Shown here: in pieces, positions 1 to 10,126 of the stretch | How positions within the stretch are numbered: the first letter of the stretch is position 1 | Layout of the letters: every line of letters begins with the position of its first letter | Source of the DNA: Candidatus Hydrogenedentota bacterium | GTDB taxonomy: Bacteria > Hydrogenedentota > Hydrogenedentia > Hydrogenedentales > GCA-2746185 | Assembly: GCA_947486375.1 (NCBI GenBank) | Contig: CANKTP010000001.1 | Span: forward strand, 17,118 to 81,117 | DNA length: 64,000 nucleotides | Direction: 5' to 3' | Notes under the pieces: generated by a model | Database searches by the model: none | What the model was told of the DNA's origin: nothing | What the model saw: only the letters and a program-made list of their open reading frames with translations | Position numbers and translations under genes: made by a program

Positions 1-1
1 C

Positions 2-3000
2 ACTGAATTCACATGGACCGCCCGCGAGGTGCGCCGGATAGGCGAGCCCGCGGAGAATCTTTGGACCGCCTCCGACATCCCGTTTTTGACGCTCGAACCG
101 AATACCGCGACCGACGGTACCGTGACGGGCGAAGACCGTATCGAGGGCACGACTTCGACCGAAATTGACCAGATCAACCTTATTGCCAATCGCACAGGTC
201 TTGCGTCTCGCGACTACACGGACATCGGCATCGAGATTCAAAGCAGCGCGGGAATCCAAGTGGTTCCCGTGTCGCTCAAGGTAATCCAGGCCCTGAGCGT
301 CACCCCGACGGTACCGCTGCTTATCCAACCGAACCTCAACTCCGAGACCTTCACGATTCGCAACAACGGCTCGTTGCCATTGTCGTATCGTGTGGACGCC
401 CTCTCGGATCCCGACGATCTAGGCTCCATCATCCCTCTGCCGGAATATGTTGACCGTATCCCCCCCGGCTCGATTCCGGCCGGTAGCTCCAAGCCCATCG
501 TAGTGACCATCGACCGGACCGGCCTGGACCCGGCGCAATACACCACCTATCTACTAATTCGGACCGAAGTCGGCAGTCCCGCAACGAACGGAGGGACTGC
601 GGTGGTGGAAGTCATCTTTGGCGTCGGCGGCGTTGGCGTTTTCGAGGTCACCCCCGATAACATTACCGAAACGGTCAATATTTTCGGCTCGACCGAGCCC
701 AGGGACATTCAATCCATCACGATTAGCAATCCCGGTACTCAACCGCTCACGTTTGCCTTGAAATTCGAGGAAGCCAGCGACGATTTACTCGGAGAACCTG
801 CGGAACTCCCATCGTTCATCTCCATCGTGCCGACAAGCGGGACGGTGGCTGCGGGCCGGGACCTCGACCTGAAAGTGACCCTCGATCCCACCGGACTTAG
901 CGAGGAAACCCGCGTCGATATCAACGTCATTATCGAGGCGGAGGGGTTGGGAAGCGACACGGTCCGCCTCCAGGTGTCCTCCGAATTGGGGCCACGGCTT
1001 TCCATCCAGCAAGAGCCCCCATTCCGCACGTTCGGATCGCTCGATTTCGGGCGCGACAAAGACATCTTGACCATCGGGGTCGGAAACACGGGCCGGGTGG
1101 GACAATCGCTGAAGTTCAGGCTCCAAAACGCCAAGCCCTCGAGCCTGATTATCCTGCCCGGATTGGCCACGGGCGAAAGCACGGCAAACGAGTGCCTCTT
1201 CTCCGAATACATCTCGTGCCATGACTGGCAACAATTCAGCGTCGCCATCCGCCGCTCGGCCATCAACCCGGCATCCGATGTCGATGGCGGTTCGTTCGAA
1301 ATCGTCGCCGTCGACGATGCGGGCGCGGAATTGGAAGGCATCGATCCGATTTCTGTCTCGGTGAAGGTCGAGCGCGCGCCGCTGCGCGTCGAGGGCGCGA
1401 CCAACCGCAGCCGCCCGCCCAGCGTCATGCGGTTCGTGTTCATGCTGCGCGATTCGCTGCTCAAGACCGTCGACACCCTTGATCGCGACGTCATGCGGAG
1501 CCTGCAATTCGATATCGAGGAGAACGAGTTGCCCCTCGAGCTCGACGAAACGAATTTCTTCGTACAGGGCCCCGAAAATTTGGTACACAACATCGTGATC
1601 CTCCTCGATTTCACGGGAAGCATGTTCAACGCGGGCACGGAAGAGTCGCCCCCGGTGGCACAAGGCGTACGGATCGAGGCCATGCGCAAGGCGGTGGTGG
1701 ATTTTATCGAGCATCTGGCCGAGATCGATCACCCGGAGAACTTTCGCATCGCCATCCACGAGTATCACGAACAGGACCAGATTTCCAACGTGATACACCC
1801 ATTCTCGACGAGCACGGATTCGCTGGCCGGCGCCTTGGAGAACTTTACGCTGGCTCCCGCCGACCATGGCGAATCGGAAATATTCGACGCGCTCGACGAT
1901 GCGGTGACCGCGCTCGATGGCCAGGACGCGGGAGTCATCTCCTTCGACGAGGCCGATGTCAGGTCGATCATCTTTGTGTCCGATGGAAACGACACCTCGA
2001 GCGCACTCGACATTAGCGCCGTCATCGATCACGCAAACGAAAAACGCGTTCGCTTGTACCCGGTATCCTATGGGGACAATGCAAACTTGGGCAACTTGAT
2101 CCCCATGGCCAGCGAAACCGGCGGAAGCACCTACAGTGTCCTCGGTACGAGCACCCTGGCCAGTTTCTTCGGGACTGCGGACAAGGAAGGCGACATTTGG
2201 TACGACCTGCAACGTCAATTGGCGTTGACCTATATCTCGCTCGCCGATGGCGAAACCACCTACAACATCACAGTGTCCCTGGCGGACAATGTCTCGGGAC
2301 AATTCGAGCGGGACGCGACCGTATTCACGGGCGATTCGCGCGCTGGCCAACTCTCCCTCTTGACGGGCGGCAATACGGCCACGGCGGACGCCAACGGCAT
2401 CGCGGAAGTCATCGTCCGGCTCGACTACGCGCCCCGCAATATTTCCCAGTTTCGCTTGCGGTTCATCATCCCGCCCGAGTATCGGGCCAACTTGCTGATC
2501 CCTGCGGACCCGGGCCCCGGCTTTGTCGATGACGCCGTACTGCTTTCGGCGAGCGATGACGATGGGCTTTTGAGTGGATGGCACATGGCGCCCGAGGGCG
2601 ACAACGTATACAGTCTCGTCACTTTCCCCGACAATCCCCTACCCTTCGGGGCCTTCGGGAACATGATGCGCTTGACATTCCATGGGCTCACGCCCGGGGA
2701 TGAATTCGAAGTCGGATTCCGCGTGGACAACACGCTTTACCAGCAAGCCGATCCGAACAGCTCGGTAAATACGAAGTTCTTCGTCTATCCCGGCGCCCAC
2801 ACAAACCCCGAAGGCGTCCTGGCGGTCACGAAAAACCCGGGGATCGCGGGGCCGGGCGAATCGATTGCGGCCTTGCAGGACACTTCGTTCAATCCCGAGG
2901 CCGTATTCGCCTACGACCGCGACAAGGACGGGTTGTTCGACTTCGACGATCCGTTCCCAGACGATAAAGACGCCCCAGGGGCAATGATAGACCCCGCCTT

Positions 3001-3325
3001 CCTTACAGTGCCTGTCGGGGCGGTCGCCGGAACTGTCCTGCTCACGAACAATCGCCTGGACACGCTAAGTTGGGAAGTCGACCTGGATCCCTCGTCGCCC
3101 ACGGGACCGTCCGGGCCCCTGTTCGATGCCCTCACCCTGCCGGAAGGCGTCGAGCGCGTTCGTTTTTCCCCGAACTCAAGCGTACTCGAACCCGGGCATT
3201 CGGTGGAAATTGCGGTGACGATAGATCGAGCCGGGCTGCCGGCCGGCGTAATTTTCGGCGACGTGGGCATCCTTACAAATCTGACGGTCGACCCCGTCGC
3301 GCTTCGCTTAAACGTGGTGAAATAA
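2..3325 (+). CDS. Large extracellular surface protein, 5'-truncated at the window edge. It has repeated Ig-like beta-sandwich domains (choice-of-anchor-D/ASH-like) and a central von Willebrand factor A (vWA) domain.
   Basis: The reading frame is open from nt 2 with no upstream stop; the first alternative start (GTG) is at 29. There is no signal peptide at the apparent N-terminus, consistent with truncation. Repeated motifs of the form 'FG.LDFG....ILTIGVGNTG' are typical of choice-of-anchor D domains. The vWA MIDAS-like motif 'ILLDFTGSM ... VSDGNDT' sits at about 1580-2000. The protein is Thr/Asp/Gly-rich. It is paralogous to the next gene. Confidence 0.6.
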   Translation, partial: TEFTWTAREVRRIGEPAENLWTASDIPFLTLEPNTATDGTVTGEDRIEGTTSTEIDQINLIANRTGLASRDYTDIGIEIQSSAGIQVVPVSLKVIQALSVTPTVPLLIQPNLNSETFTIRNNGSLPLSYRVDALSDPDDLGSIIPLPEYVDRIPPGSIPAGSSKPIVVTIDRTGLDPAQYTTYLLIRTEVGSPATNGGTAVVEVIFGVGGVGVFEVTPDNITETVNIFGSTEPRDIQSITISNPGTQPLTFALKFEEASDDLLGEPAELPSFISIVPTSGTVAAGRDLDLKVTLDPTGLSEETRVDINVIIEAEGLGSDTVRLQVSSELGPRLSIQQEPPFRTFGSLDFGRDKDILTIGVGNTGRVGQSLKFRLQNAKPSSLIILPGLATGESTANECLFSEYISCHDWQQFSVAIRRSAINPASDVDGGSFEIVAVDDAGAELEGIDPISVSVKVERAPLRVEGATNRSRPPSVMRFVFMLRDSLLKTVDTLDRDVMRSLQFDIEENELPLELDETNFFVQGPENLVHNIVILLDFTGSMFNAGTEESPPVAQGVRIEAMRKAVVDFIEHLAEIDHPENFRIAIHEYHEQDQISNVIHPFSTSTDSLAGALENFTLAPADHGESEIFDALDDAVTALDGQDAGVISFDEADVRSIIFVSDGNDTSSALDISAVIDHANEKRVRLYPVSYGDNANLGNLIPMASETGGSTYSVLGTSTLASFFGTADKEGDIWYDLQRQLALTYISLADGETTYNITVSLADNVSGQFERDATVFTGDSRAGQLSLLTGGNTATADANGIAEVIVRLDYAPRNISQFRLRFIIPPEYRANLLIPADPGPGFVDDAVLLSASDDDGLLSGWHMAPEGDNVYSLVTFPDNPLPFGAFGNMMRLTFHGLTPGDEFEVGFRVDNTLYQQADPNSSVNTKFFVYPGAHTNPEGVLAVTKNPGIAGPGESIAALQDTSFNPEAVFAYDRDKDGLFDFDDPFPDDKDAPGAMIDPAFLTVPVGAVAGTVLLTNNRLDTLSWEVDLDPSSPTGPSGPLFDALTLPEGVERVRFSPNSSVLEPGHSVEIAVTIDRAGLPAGVIFGDVGILTNLTVDPVALRLNVVK

Positions 3326-3384
3326 TGTGGCGGCATGGCGGGGTAGCCGATGCCGGCAAGCCGGTACGCAGTAAGGAGCAGGAC

Positions 3385-6300
3385 ATGTCTCGCATGACAG
3401 TACGCTTGGCGAAGACTGCCGTGGCGATCGTCGCCGCCGTCGCGCTCGCCGGGTGTCCCACCGGCGGGGGGGCCACGCTCACGATTTCGCAAGTCGCGTT
3501 CGTATTCAATAGTGACGCCACTGCGGATACATTCACCATCTCCAACACCGGCTCCGGGGATTTGGCATGGTTCGTCACGGCCGACGTCCTGCCTGATTGG
3601 CTCCAGCTCTCCCCGCTCGAGGGAACTGTCAGCGCCAATCCGGACGGCGATTTGAACGGCGCGCAAGTGGTGACCATGTCCCTAGTCGAGGCGGAGGCAG
3701 AGGTCCTTGAACCGGGCCTCTATCGCGAGGAGTTCACCGTCTTCTCGGACGGGGGAAATGAGGTCATCTCGGTCACGCTACGCGTCTCGACGCTTGGCGA
3801 TCTCATCGTCGACCCGGCGGAAATTCCCTTCGGCGACATCACGGTCGAGGCGTCGTTCACCATTGCCAATGGCGGCGACGAGGCGCTCAACTGGGAGATA
3901 GCCTCGATAGAACCCGAGGACGAATGGCTCAGCATCGCCACCGGCAGTCCCCGCGAAGGGACCATTCCCAATTCGGGCTCGGAGCCGCAGACGGTCAGGG
4001 TCGCCGTAAACCGCAACGCCCTTGAGCCGGACGACTATATCGGTTCCATCGTCGTAACCTCGGACGGCGGTACCAGGACAATCGGCGTTACGATGTCAGT
4101 GACCGAACTGGCCGGGGAATTGCAGGTTGCCCCGGACGAACTGAGTTTCGAGACCGACACGCAACAGACCAAACAGGTCGTGGTCCGGAACACGGGCACC
4201 GCTGCCATCGAGTGGTCGATCAAGTCGAACACGGGCGATTTGCCAGACCGGCTCAACTTCGATGTGACCTCCGGGGACATCGCGGCCGGTGCCGCAGGCG
4301 ACCGTCTGGCCCTCACGGTCGACGCGACAAACCTAGATCCCGCGACGTACCGCCAAACGATTGTCTTCTCGGCGGTCGGCCCCGACAACGAATTCGCCGG
4401 CCCAGACGAATCCCTGGCCGTGACCCTTACGGTCCCGATTCCGATCCCGAAACTCGAGGTCATCACCTCCCTGCCGGATCATCGAATCGCGATGGCGGGC
4501 CAACAGACCGACGACTTCTTCCGTATCGAAAACGCCGGGACCGGGGTGCTCGTGTGGACACTGGCCGTGAGCGAAGATTCCGGATGGATCCAGATCGCGG
4601 AAGAAGACTTGTCCGGTTCATCCGACATCGATAGCGGCATCGTCGACTTCACCATCGATAGGGCCTCATTGAACCCGGGCACCCAGGTCGGAACCGTGAC
4701 CGTTAGCTCGTCCAGCGACCCTGCGGCCGATCCCGATGTGATCGTTACCATAGAAGCCGTGGTGCTCCCTCCCCGGCTCGAGGTGGTGCCCGATATCCTT
4801 GAGTTCGACACAAACATCGTTACCCGGCGTATCCTGATTTTCAATTCCGGCGTGGGAGAAATCACGTGGACCATCGACACCGACGATGACGCCACCGATC
4901 CGCTCCAGGCGGATGAACTTCCGGGATGGCTCCGCCGGCCTGGTAACGGCCCGGCCTTTTTCTCGAAAACCTCCGGCGTGGTGAGCGCGAACACGACCGA
5001 CCTTGTCGAAATCTCCGTGAACCGAAACGGCTTGCCTCCGGGCAATTATGCATGGCCCTGCACCTCCGCCGCCGATTGCGTCGCCCCGGGCGATTTTGCC
5101 GATTTCCCGGATTTGCCGCAAATCGTCATCCGCGGCGGCACGCGCGTTGTCCCGTTGCGGCTATTCATGTCCGTTTCCGAGAATCCCGCGTTCGCCGTTA
5201 ACACCGGCGGCAGCGTGGATTTGGATGGGGTCGCTTTCGTGAATGTCGGTTTACAAACCGAAGCGGACTTCACCATCTCCAACGAAGGAACGGGCACGCT
5301 GACATGGCGAATCATGCCGGATCCGGAGGAATCTTTCCCCTCATGGCTCACCGTCGGCCCCCAGGGGCCCAATTCCCTGGCGAGTTCCGACGGCGATGTC
5401 CCGATTCACATCGCGGTAAACCGGACTGGTCTCACCGCAGGCTCGCAGAAATACACCTTCCACTTTATCACCGACGACCCCGACACGCCTGACGTCCCGG
5501 TACGGGTCGAAATGGTCGTGCCTCCGGTGCCCATAATCGAGGTGTCCCCTGAGAACCTCGACTTCGGGTTCGCGGACACCACTGCGGACGTGTTTGTCGC
5601 AAATTTTGGCGACGATCCCTCCGTGTTGGATTTCGAGGTGACCAGTAACAAACCCTGGCTCTTCGCGTTCCCCGCCATCGGGCAGAGCCAGGGCGTCGCC
5701 GATCCCGAATTGGCCGCGGACTACCAGGTGGTCAGCGTCTCGATTGACCGCTCGGGCCTCTCGGAAAGCGGCTCTGGGACGGGAACCCTCACCATTGTTG
5801 CCCTGATGGACGGTGTAGATGACGAGAACAACGCCATCAAAATCCCCGATCCATCCATCGAGCCTGCCGAGATATTGGTGTCGGTCGGAGCGGCCGAACT
5901 GTTTTTCGAGGTGGCCCCGGCCCGGCTGCGCGTACCGACTCAAGCGCGATACGTCATGTCGATGCGAAACCTTCGATTCGGACCGATCACCATTCCCGAC
6001 GACAAGTTGGCGGAAATTAGCAATGCGTTCCTCCTTTTCGAGGACAATCAAGCGGTCGAGTTGAGCGAGACAAATTATTTCGTCACCAGCGCGTCGAACC
6101 TGCGCACCGAAATCGCGATACTCCTCGACTATTCCGGAAGCGCCGTCGAGTCCGCATACCTCGCCCAGGACAATCACTTGGCGGTCCTGGATCATCTGGT
6201 CGACGAGGCCGCCGAAAACGGCACGGGACGCGATTACGAGGAATTCGACGGGTTCGCCGAGGCGCCGGATCCGCTCCAGTTCATCTACAACGCGACCATC

Positions 6301-9300
6301 GGCAAACTAATCTCCGAACTCCCCGAGCATTACCGCATCGCGATCCGGGAATTCCACGACCGCGATCAGGAAGGTCAAACCGTAATCGGTTTTACTCCCA
6401 ACACCGTTGCGGGCCGCGTGAGACTTATCGAAGCGCTTGAAGCGATCAATATCACCGATCCCGGCGCCACCGAGCTGGTGCCGGCGATAATCGATGCCGC
6501 GACCGCCATCTATTCCGAGGACGTTCCGCTGCCATCGAGAAATCCCGTTGTGCCGATCATTTCGTTCAACGATGCGGACGTGCGGGGAATTATCGTGGTC
6601 TCGGACGGCCGTTTAACCACGGGTCCCACGGAAATCCCCGACGCAGTGGATGCCTTGCGAGGTTTCCGCGCACGCCTGTTCGCTATTTCGTGGGGTGCCG
6701 AGCCCAATCCGGGCCCCTTGGCGACCATTGCCGCCGAGACGGGAGGTCACCTCTACGTGGCCCCCCTGTTGCTCAATGGCCCCTTGCTCGGCGAAGACAC
6801 GGAACGGGTGCCCGGCATCGAGACATTGTACGATTGGTGCAGCACGGACATACTGGACGACGATTGCGACTTGTCGATCAAGAACGACCTCATATCGCAA
6901 CTGGTCCTGAGCTACGTCTCGCTCAGCGCGGAAGATACAGTGGCAAGCCGCACTGCGGCCACCTTCAACGATCCGAGCGATGGGCGCTTTCCCTGCGACC
7001 TGCCGAACCAAGGCCTCATCTCGGGAGGTTTTTCCCAGGACATCGATATCGGATTGGTGAACGGCAACCTCTCGCCCTTTGTTGCGTTCCCCGGCGGAAT
7101 CACCAACGTGGCCCAATTTGGGATGTCCACGCTTGGCGATGAACGCGGGCTTGCCACGGTCGATATATTCATGGACTACATGCCGCATGACATTCGCACC
7201 ATGCGATTTGTGTTTGCCGCCAATGAAATCAATCCCGACACGGCGGTCTCGATTGACGACATCAACTTGGAAGTCGTAATCGCTACCATTGGCGACGGCG
7301 GGGTGGCTTCCACGGCATGGACCCTGACCGGGCCGGTGGACAGCGGAATCGATGCCGAAACCAGCCTCGACACAGTGACCTACACCTTCGACCTAGCCGG
7401 CGGGCCGCCGATCGAATACGGTCTTTTCGGGAATCTCCTGCGCGCCACCATGGACGTCCCGGGAGGCACGCCGTTCAACTTCCGGCTGCTTTCCATCACC
7501 GGCGAGACCGGAAACGACGATGTTCCTGGATTCACGCACCCTGACGGGATTCCCATCGCGGCGGATGAAGACGCTGTCCCCATCGATGCATTGGCGCCCT
7601 CGTTCCCGACCGCGCGTTTCTCGAACACGATACTTGACTTCTTCGATTCGGAAAGCGTGGCTACCTTCACCATCGAGAATATCGGCGGGGCATTTACCGA
7701 GGGCGGAATCTCGCTCCAATGGAACGTAATCGGCGGGGAGAAGCCGACCGAGGGGGTCCGTGTGTTCCCGTTCGTGGGCAATCTTGCCACCACCGCCGAC
7801 GTGGATCCGGTCCGGGTATTCGTCGACCGGAGCGCATTCGATCCCGGCCAACTCGGGGCCACGTTCGACATGCGAGCGGCAACGGGCATAGGCGGGGTGG
7901 TCCAAGATATCCCGTTTGTCATTAGTGGAATTATCCAGGATCCCGTGATCGAGGTGGTTTCCGGCGGATTTAGTCCTCCGGACACGCAACAACTCCCGTT
8001 CGACGTGTCCCCCCTCGATCTTCGCCAGCAAGAGGAGGTGGTCACGGTCCTCAATACCGGGGACAGCAGCATGGGCTTTTTCCGCGCGGACGATGCCCCT
8101 GCGTGGTTGGATGCCGACCAAACCGGAAACAACATCGTCGATCCCAACGATCTACCCCCGGGCGATACGGCCGTCCCCTTCAATATGATCGTCAAGGTTG
8201 ACCCCACCCTGCTTGGGTTTGTCTCCCCGGTCGTATTTCCGATCGCTATCCAGCACGACATCGTGCTTGTCGGCACCGATCCGAACGGGCGCGAGATCGG
8301 GAGGCAAACTATCCGGGTCATCGCGAATGTCAGTCCGAATCCGATCACCGTCGCGGATATCCCGGACGCGACCGTAACCCAGGGGTCCACCTATACTGGC
8401 CCAACCCCGGCGATACTCGAGACGGGCGCCATTCCATTGGCTTGGACGCTGGTGTCCGGCCCTGCCGGCATGACTATCAATGCTTCTACCGGTGTCGTGA
8501 GCTATCCCAATGCGAGCTTGACGGGGAGCCCGCATACGGTCACGATACAAGCAAATCGCACGGACAATGCCGCGACGTTGGATACCGAGACGTGGCTTTT
8601 GACGGTGGCGCCGCTCGCCATCGTGGACATACCGGACGATTCGGTGGTCGAGGGCGACTCGTATACCGGACCTACGCCGGCTAGTGCGTCTCCCGGTGCG
8701 CAGACGTTGACGTGGTCGCTGGTCGTCGGCCCGGCTGGAATGACCATTAGCGCCGCGACCGGCGTCGTGTCATACCCTGTGGCCAGTCTCGCGGGAAGTC
8801 CGCATCTCGTGACAATCCGCGCGCAAAATGCCACGGACCCGGCGATTGTTGCCAGCGAATCCTGGTTGCTCGCCGTGCTCGCCACGTCGCCGGTGATACA
8901 GACCATTTCGAATATCACCGTGAACGAAGGCGCCGCCTATGTGGGACCGATACCCACCTTGCTCCAAGGCGGCGAGGTCCCCGTGGTGTGGACGTTGCTG
9001 CTCGGCCCTGCCGGCATGACGATCGACCCGGCCACGGGTCAGGTGACGTATCCCAACGCCAGCCCAGCCGGCAGTCCGTACTTCATCACCATCAAGGTCG
9101 CAAACGCGGAAGACCCCTCCTTGTTCGATATTATCTCGTGGCAATTGACGGTCACGCCGACGCCCGTGGCGCCGATTCTGGCCGCAATCGACGACGACAC
9201 CGTGGCGAATAACGACCCCTACACGGGCCCGACGCCGGTGGTGGTGACGGGCACGTTGCCCGTGACGTTCAGCCTCGTGCAGTCCGCGCCGGGGATGACC

Positions 9301-9432
9301 ATCGTTGCGACCACGGGCGTGGTGTCGTGGTCCGCCGCGGACAGCACCGTTGGCACGGTGACCATTGGTATCCGCGTCGTGAACACGGCCGGAACCTACA
9401 TCGAGTTCTTTGATCTCACGGTGGACCCATAG
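3385..9432 (+). CDS. Giant (2,016-aa) lipoprotein-type surface protein. It has multiple choice-of-anchor-D-like Ig domains, a vWA domain (about 6100-6620) and 4 C-terminal cadherin-like/'putative Ig' (He_PIG-like) repeats.
   Basis: The track ORF 3070..9432 overlaps the upstream gene. An internal ATG at 3385 is preceded by AAGGAG (3374-3379). It is followed by a lipoprotein signal 'MSRMTVRLAKTAVAIVAAVALAGC' with the lipobox LAGC. A perfect MIDAS motif 'LLDYSGS' is present, with downstream 'VVSDGRLTTG'. The C-terminus carries four ~91-aa repeats containing 'YTGPTP...GPAGMTI..ATGVVSYP'. Confidence 0.75.
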   Translation: MSRMTVRLAKTAVAIVAAVALAGCPTGGGATLTISQVAFVFNSDATADTFTISNTGSGDLAWFVTADVLPDWLQLSPLEGTVSANPDGDLNGAQVVTMSLVEAEAEVLEPGLYREEFTVFSDGGNEVISVTLRVSTLGDLIVDPAEIPFGDITVEASFTIANGGDEALNWEIASIEPEDEWLSIATGSPREGTIPNSGSEPQTVRVAVNRNALEPDDYIGSIVVTSDGGTRTIGVTMSVTELAGELQVAPDELSFETDTQQTKQVVVRNTGTAAIEWSIKSNTGDLPDRLNFDVTSGDIAAGAAGDRLALTVDATNLDPATYRQTIVFSAVGPDNEFAGPDESLAVTLTVPIPIPKLEVITSLPDHRIAMAGQQTDDFFRIENAGTGVLVWTLAVSEDSGWIQIAEEDLSGSSDIDSGIVDFTIDRASLNPGTQVGTVTVSSSSDPAADPDVIVTIEAVVLPPRLEVVPDILEFDTNIVTRRILIFNSGVGEITWTIDTDDDATDPLQADELPGWLRRPGNGPAFFSKTSGVVSANTTDLVEISVNRNGLPPGNYAWPCTSAADCVAPGDFADFPDLPQIVIRGGTRVVPLRLFMSVSENPAFAVNTGGSVDLDGVAFVNVGLQTEADFTISNEGTGTLTWRIMPDPEESFPSWLTVGPQGPNSLASSDGDVPIHIAVNRTGLTAGSQKYTFHFITDDPDTPDVPVRVEMVVPPVPIIEVSPENLDFGFADTTADVFVANFGDDPSVLDFEVTSNKPWLFAFPAIGQSQGVADPELAADYQVVSVSIDRSGLSESGSGTGTLTIVALMDGVDDENNAIKIPDPSIEPAEILVSVGAAELFFEVAPARLRVPTQARYVMSMRNLRFGPITIPDDKLAEISNAFLLFEDNQAVELSETNYFVTSASNLRTEIAILLDYSGSAVESAYLAQDNHLAVLDHLVDEAAENGTGRDYEEFDGFAEAPDPLQFIYNATIGKLISELPEHYRIAIREFHDRDQEGQTVIGFTPNTVAGRVRLIEALEAINITDPGATELVPAIIDAATAIYSEDVPLPSRNPVVPIISFNDADVRGIIVVSDGRLTTGPTEIPDAVDALRGFRARLFAISWGAEPNPGPLATIAAETGGHLYVAPLLLNGPLLGEDTERVPGIETLYDWCSTDILDDDCDLSIKNDLISQLVLSYVSLSAEDTVASRTAATFNDPSDGRFPCDLPNQGLISGGFSQDIDIGLVNGNLSPFVAFPGGITNVAQFGMSTLGDERGLATVDIFMDYMPHDIRTMRFVFAANEINPDTAVSIDDINLEVVIATIGDGGVASTAWTLTGPVDSGIDAETSLDTVTYTFDLAGGPPIEYGLFGNLLRATMDVPGGTPFNFRLLSITGETGNDDVPGFTHPDGIPIAADEDAVPIDALAPSFPTARFSNTILDFFDSESVATFTIENIGGAFTEGGISLQWNVIGGEKPTEGVRVFPFVGNLATTADVDPVRVFVDRSAFDPGQLGATFDMRAATGIGGVVQDIPFVISGIIQDPVIEVVSGGFSPPDTQQLPFDVSPLDLRQQEEVVTVLNTGDSSMGFFRADDAPAWLDADQTGNNIVDPNDLPPGDTAVPFNMIVKVDPTLLGFVSPVVFPIAIQHDIVLVGTDPNGREIGRQTIRVIANVSPNPITVADIPDATVTQGSTYTGPTPAILETGAIPLAWTLVSGPAGMTINASTGVVSYPNASLTGSPHTVTIQANRTDNAATLDTETWLLTVAPLAIVDIPDDSVVEGDSYTGPTPASASPGAQTLTWSLVVGPAGMTISAATGVVSYPVASLAGSPHLVTIRAQNATDPAIVASESWLLAVLATSPVIQTISNITVNEGAAYVGPIPTLLQGGEVPVVWTLLLGPAGMTIDPATGQVTYPNASPAGSPYFITIKVANAEDPSLFDIISWQLTVTPTPVAPILAAIDDDTVANNDPYTGPTPVVVTGTLPVTFSLVQSAPGMTIVATTGVVSWSAADSTVGTVTIGIRVVNTAGTYIEFFDLTVDP
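8330..9430 (+). repeat. Four tandem ~273-nt coding repeats encoding ~91-aa cadherin-like/He_PIG-type Ig domains at the C-terminus of the 3385..9432 protein.
   Basis: In the translation, blocks of the form 'I.DIPD.TV..G..YTGPTP......P..W.LV.GPAGMTI...TGVVSYP.ASL.GSPH.VTI' recur four times. Confidence 0.6.
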
Positions 9433-9465
9433 CTGGCGAGTGCGATCATTCGGGAAATACTTGTC

Positions 9466-9505
9466 CCCCGGACGGATCGACCGTCCGGGGGGCGTTTCGT
9501 TTCCG
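9466..9505. terminator. Bidirectional intrinsic terminator (11-bp GC stem, 5-nt loop) between the convergent 3385..9432 gene and pdxH.
   Basis: CCCCCGGACGG-atcga-CCGTCCGGGGG is followed by gcgTTTcgTTTcc on the + strand. It sits in a 90-nt convergent gap. Confidence 0.6.
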
Positions 9506-9523
9506 GCCACCGATGGGGTCGAA

Positions 9524-10126
9524 TTATGGATACAGAAGCCGCGTCTCCCACGGGCCATCCAATGCCGCGCGCGCATAGACGCGCCGGTCGTGGAGACGGT
9601 GGCGCCCGCCTTGCCAGAACTCGATATAGACCGGGGCCAATCTAAACCCGGACCAATGCGGCGGCCTGGGAATTTCCTGTCCGTCGAACCGCCTCGTGAT
9701 TTCCTCGAACCGGGCATCGAGTTCCGCTCGCCCGCCCGCGAGCGGTCCCGATTGGTACGACGCCCACGCGCCAATCCGGCTCTCGCGCGAGCGCGTCGCG
9801 AAATAGGCGTCGGCTTCGGCATCGGAGACGCGCGTCACGAGCCCCTGGACCCGGACTTGGCGATCGAGAGGCATCCAGTAGAAGCAGAGGCCTGCCGCCG
9901 GGTTCGCCAGAAGATGGCCGCCTTTGCGGCTATTGAAGTTGGTGTAGAACGCGAACCCATTCGTATCGACGCCCTTGAGGAGGATTACCCGCGCCCAAGG
10001 CATGCCCGCGCCGTCGACCGTGGCGAGGGTCATCGCGTCGGGCTCGCGCAGCTCCCTGCATGCCCGGGCGTCGGCATGCCATTGCGTAAAGAATTCAATT
10101 GGATCGTCGACTACGGGAATACTCAT
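9524..10126 (-). CDS. pdxH: Pyridoxamine/pyridoxine 5'-phosphate oxidase
   Basis: The hallmark C-terminal block 'APVYIEFWQGGRHRLHDRRVY...P' is present. 'YTNFNSRKG' and 'IGAWASYQS' are also conserved. The start overlaps the ggt stop by 4 nt. Confidence 0.85.
   Translation of the reverse strand: MSIPVVDDPIEFFTQWHADARACRELREPDAMTLATVDGAGMPWARVILLKGVDTNGFAFYTNFNSRKGGHLLANPAAGLCFYWMPLDRQVRVQGLVTRVSDAEADAYFATRSRESRIGAWASYQSGPLAGGRAELDARFEEITRRFDGQEIPRPPHWSGFRLAPVYIEFWQGGRHRLHDRRVYARAALDGPWETRLLYP

Noticed and set aside
785-2584. 599-aa minus-strand ORF, and many similar long antisense ORFs (e.g. 34778..36865, 43298..44644, 31439..32512, 41726..42790), overlapping the giant + strand genes
   Set aside because: They lie entirely inside strongly supported + strand genes with clear domain content. 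Their translations are Arg/Gly/Pro-rich low-complexity sequence, typical of spurious antisense ORFs in high-GC DNA. There are no RBS or motif hits.
3070-3384. N-terminal extension of the second giant gene in the ORF track, overlapping the upstream gene by 255 nt
   Set aside because: The track takes the longest ORF with alternative starts. The internal ATG at 3385 has a perfect AAGGAG RBS and a lipoprotein signal peptide. The extension is Arg-rich nonsense.
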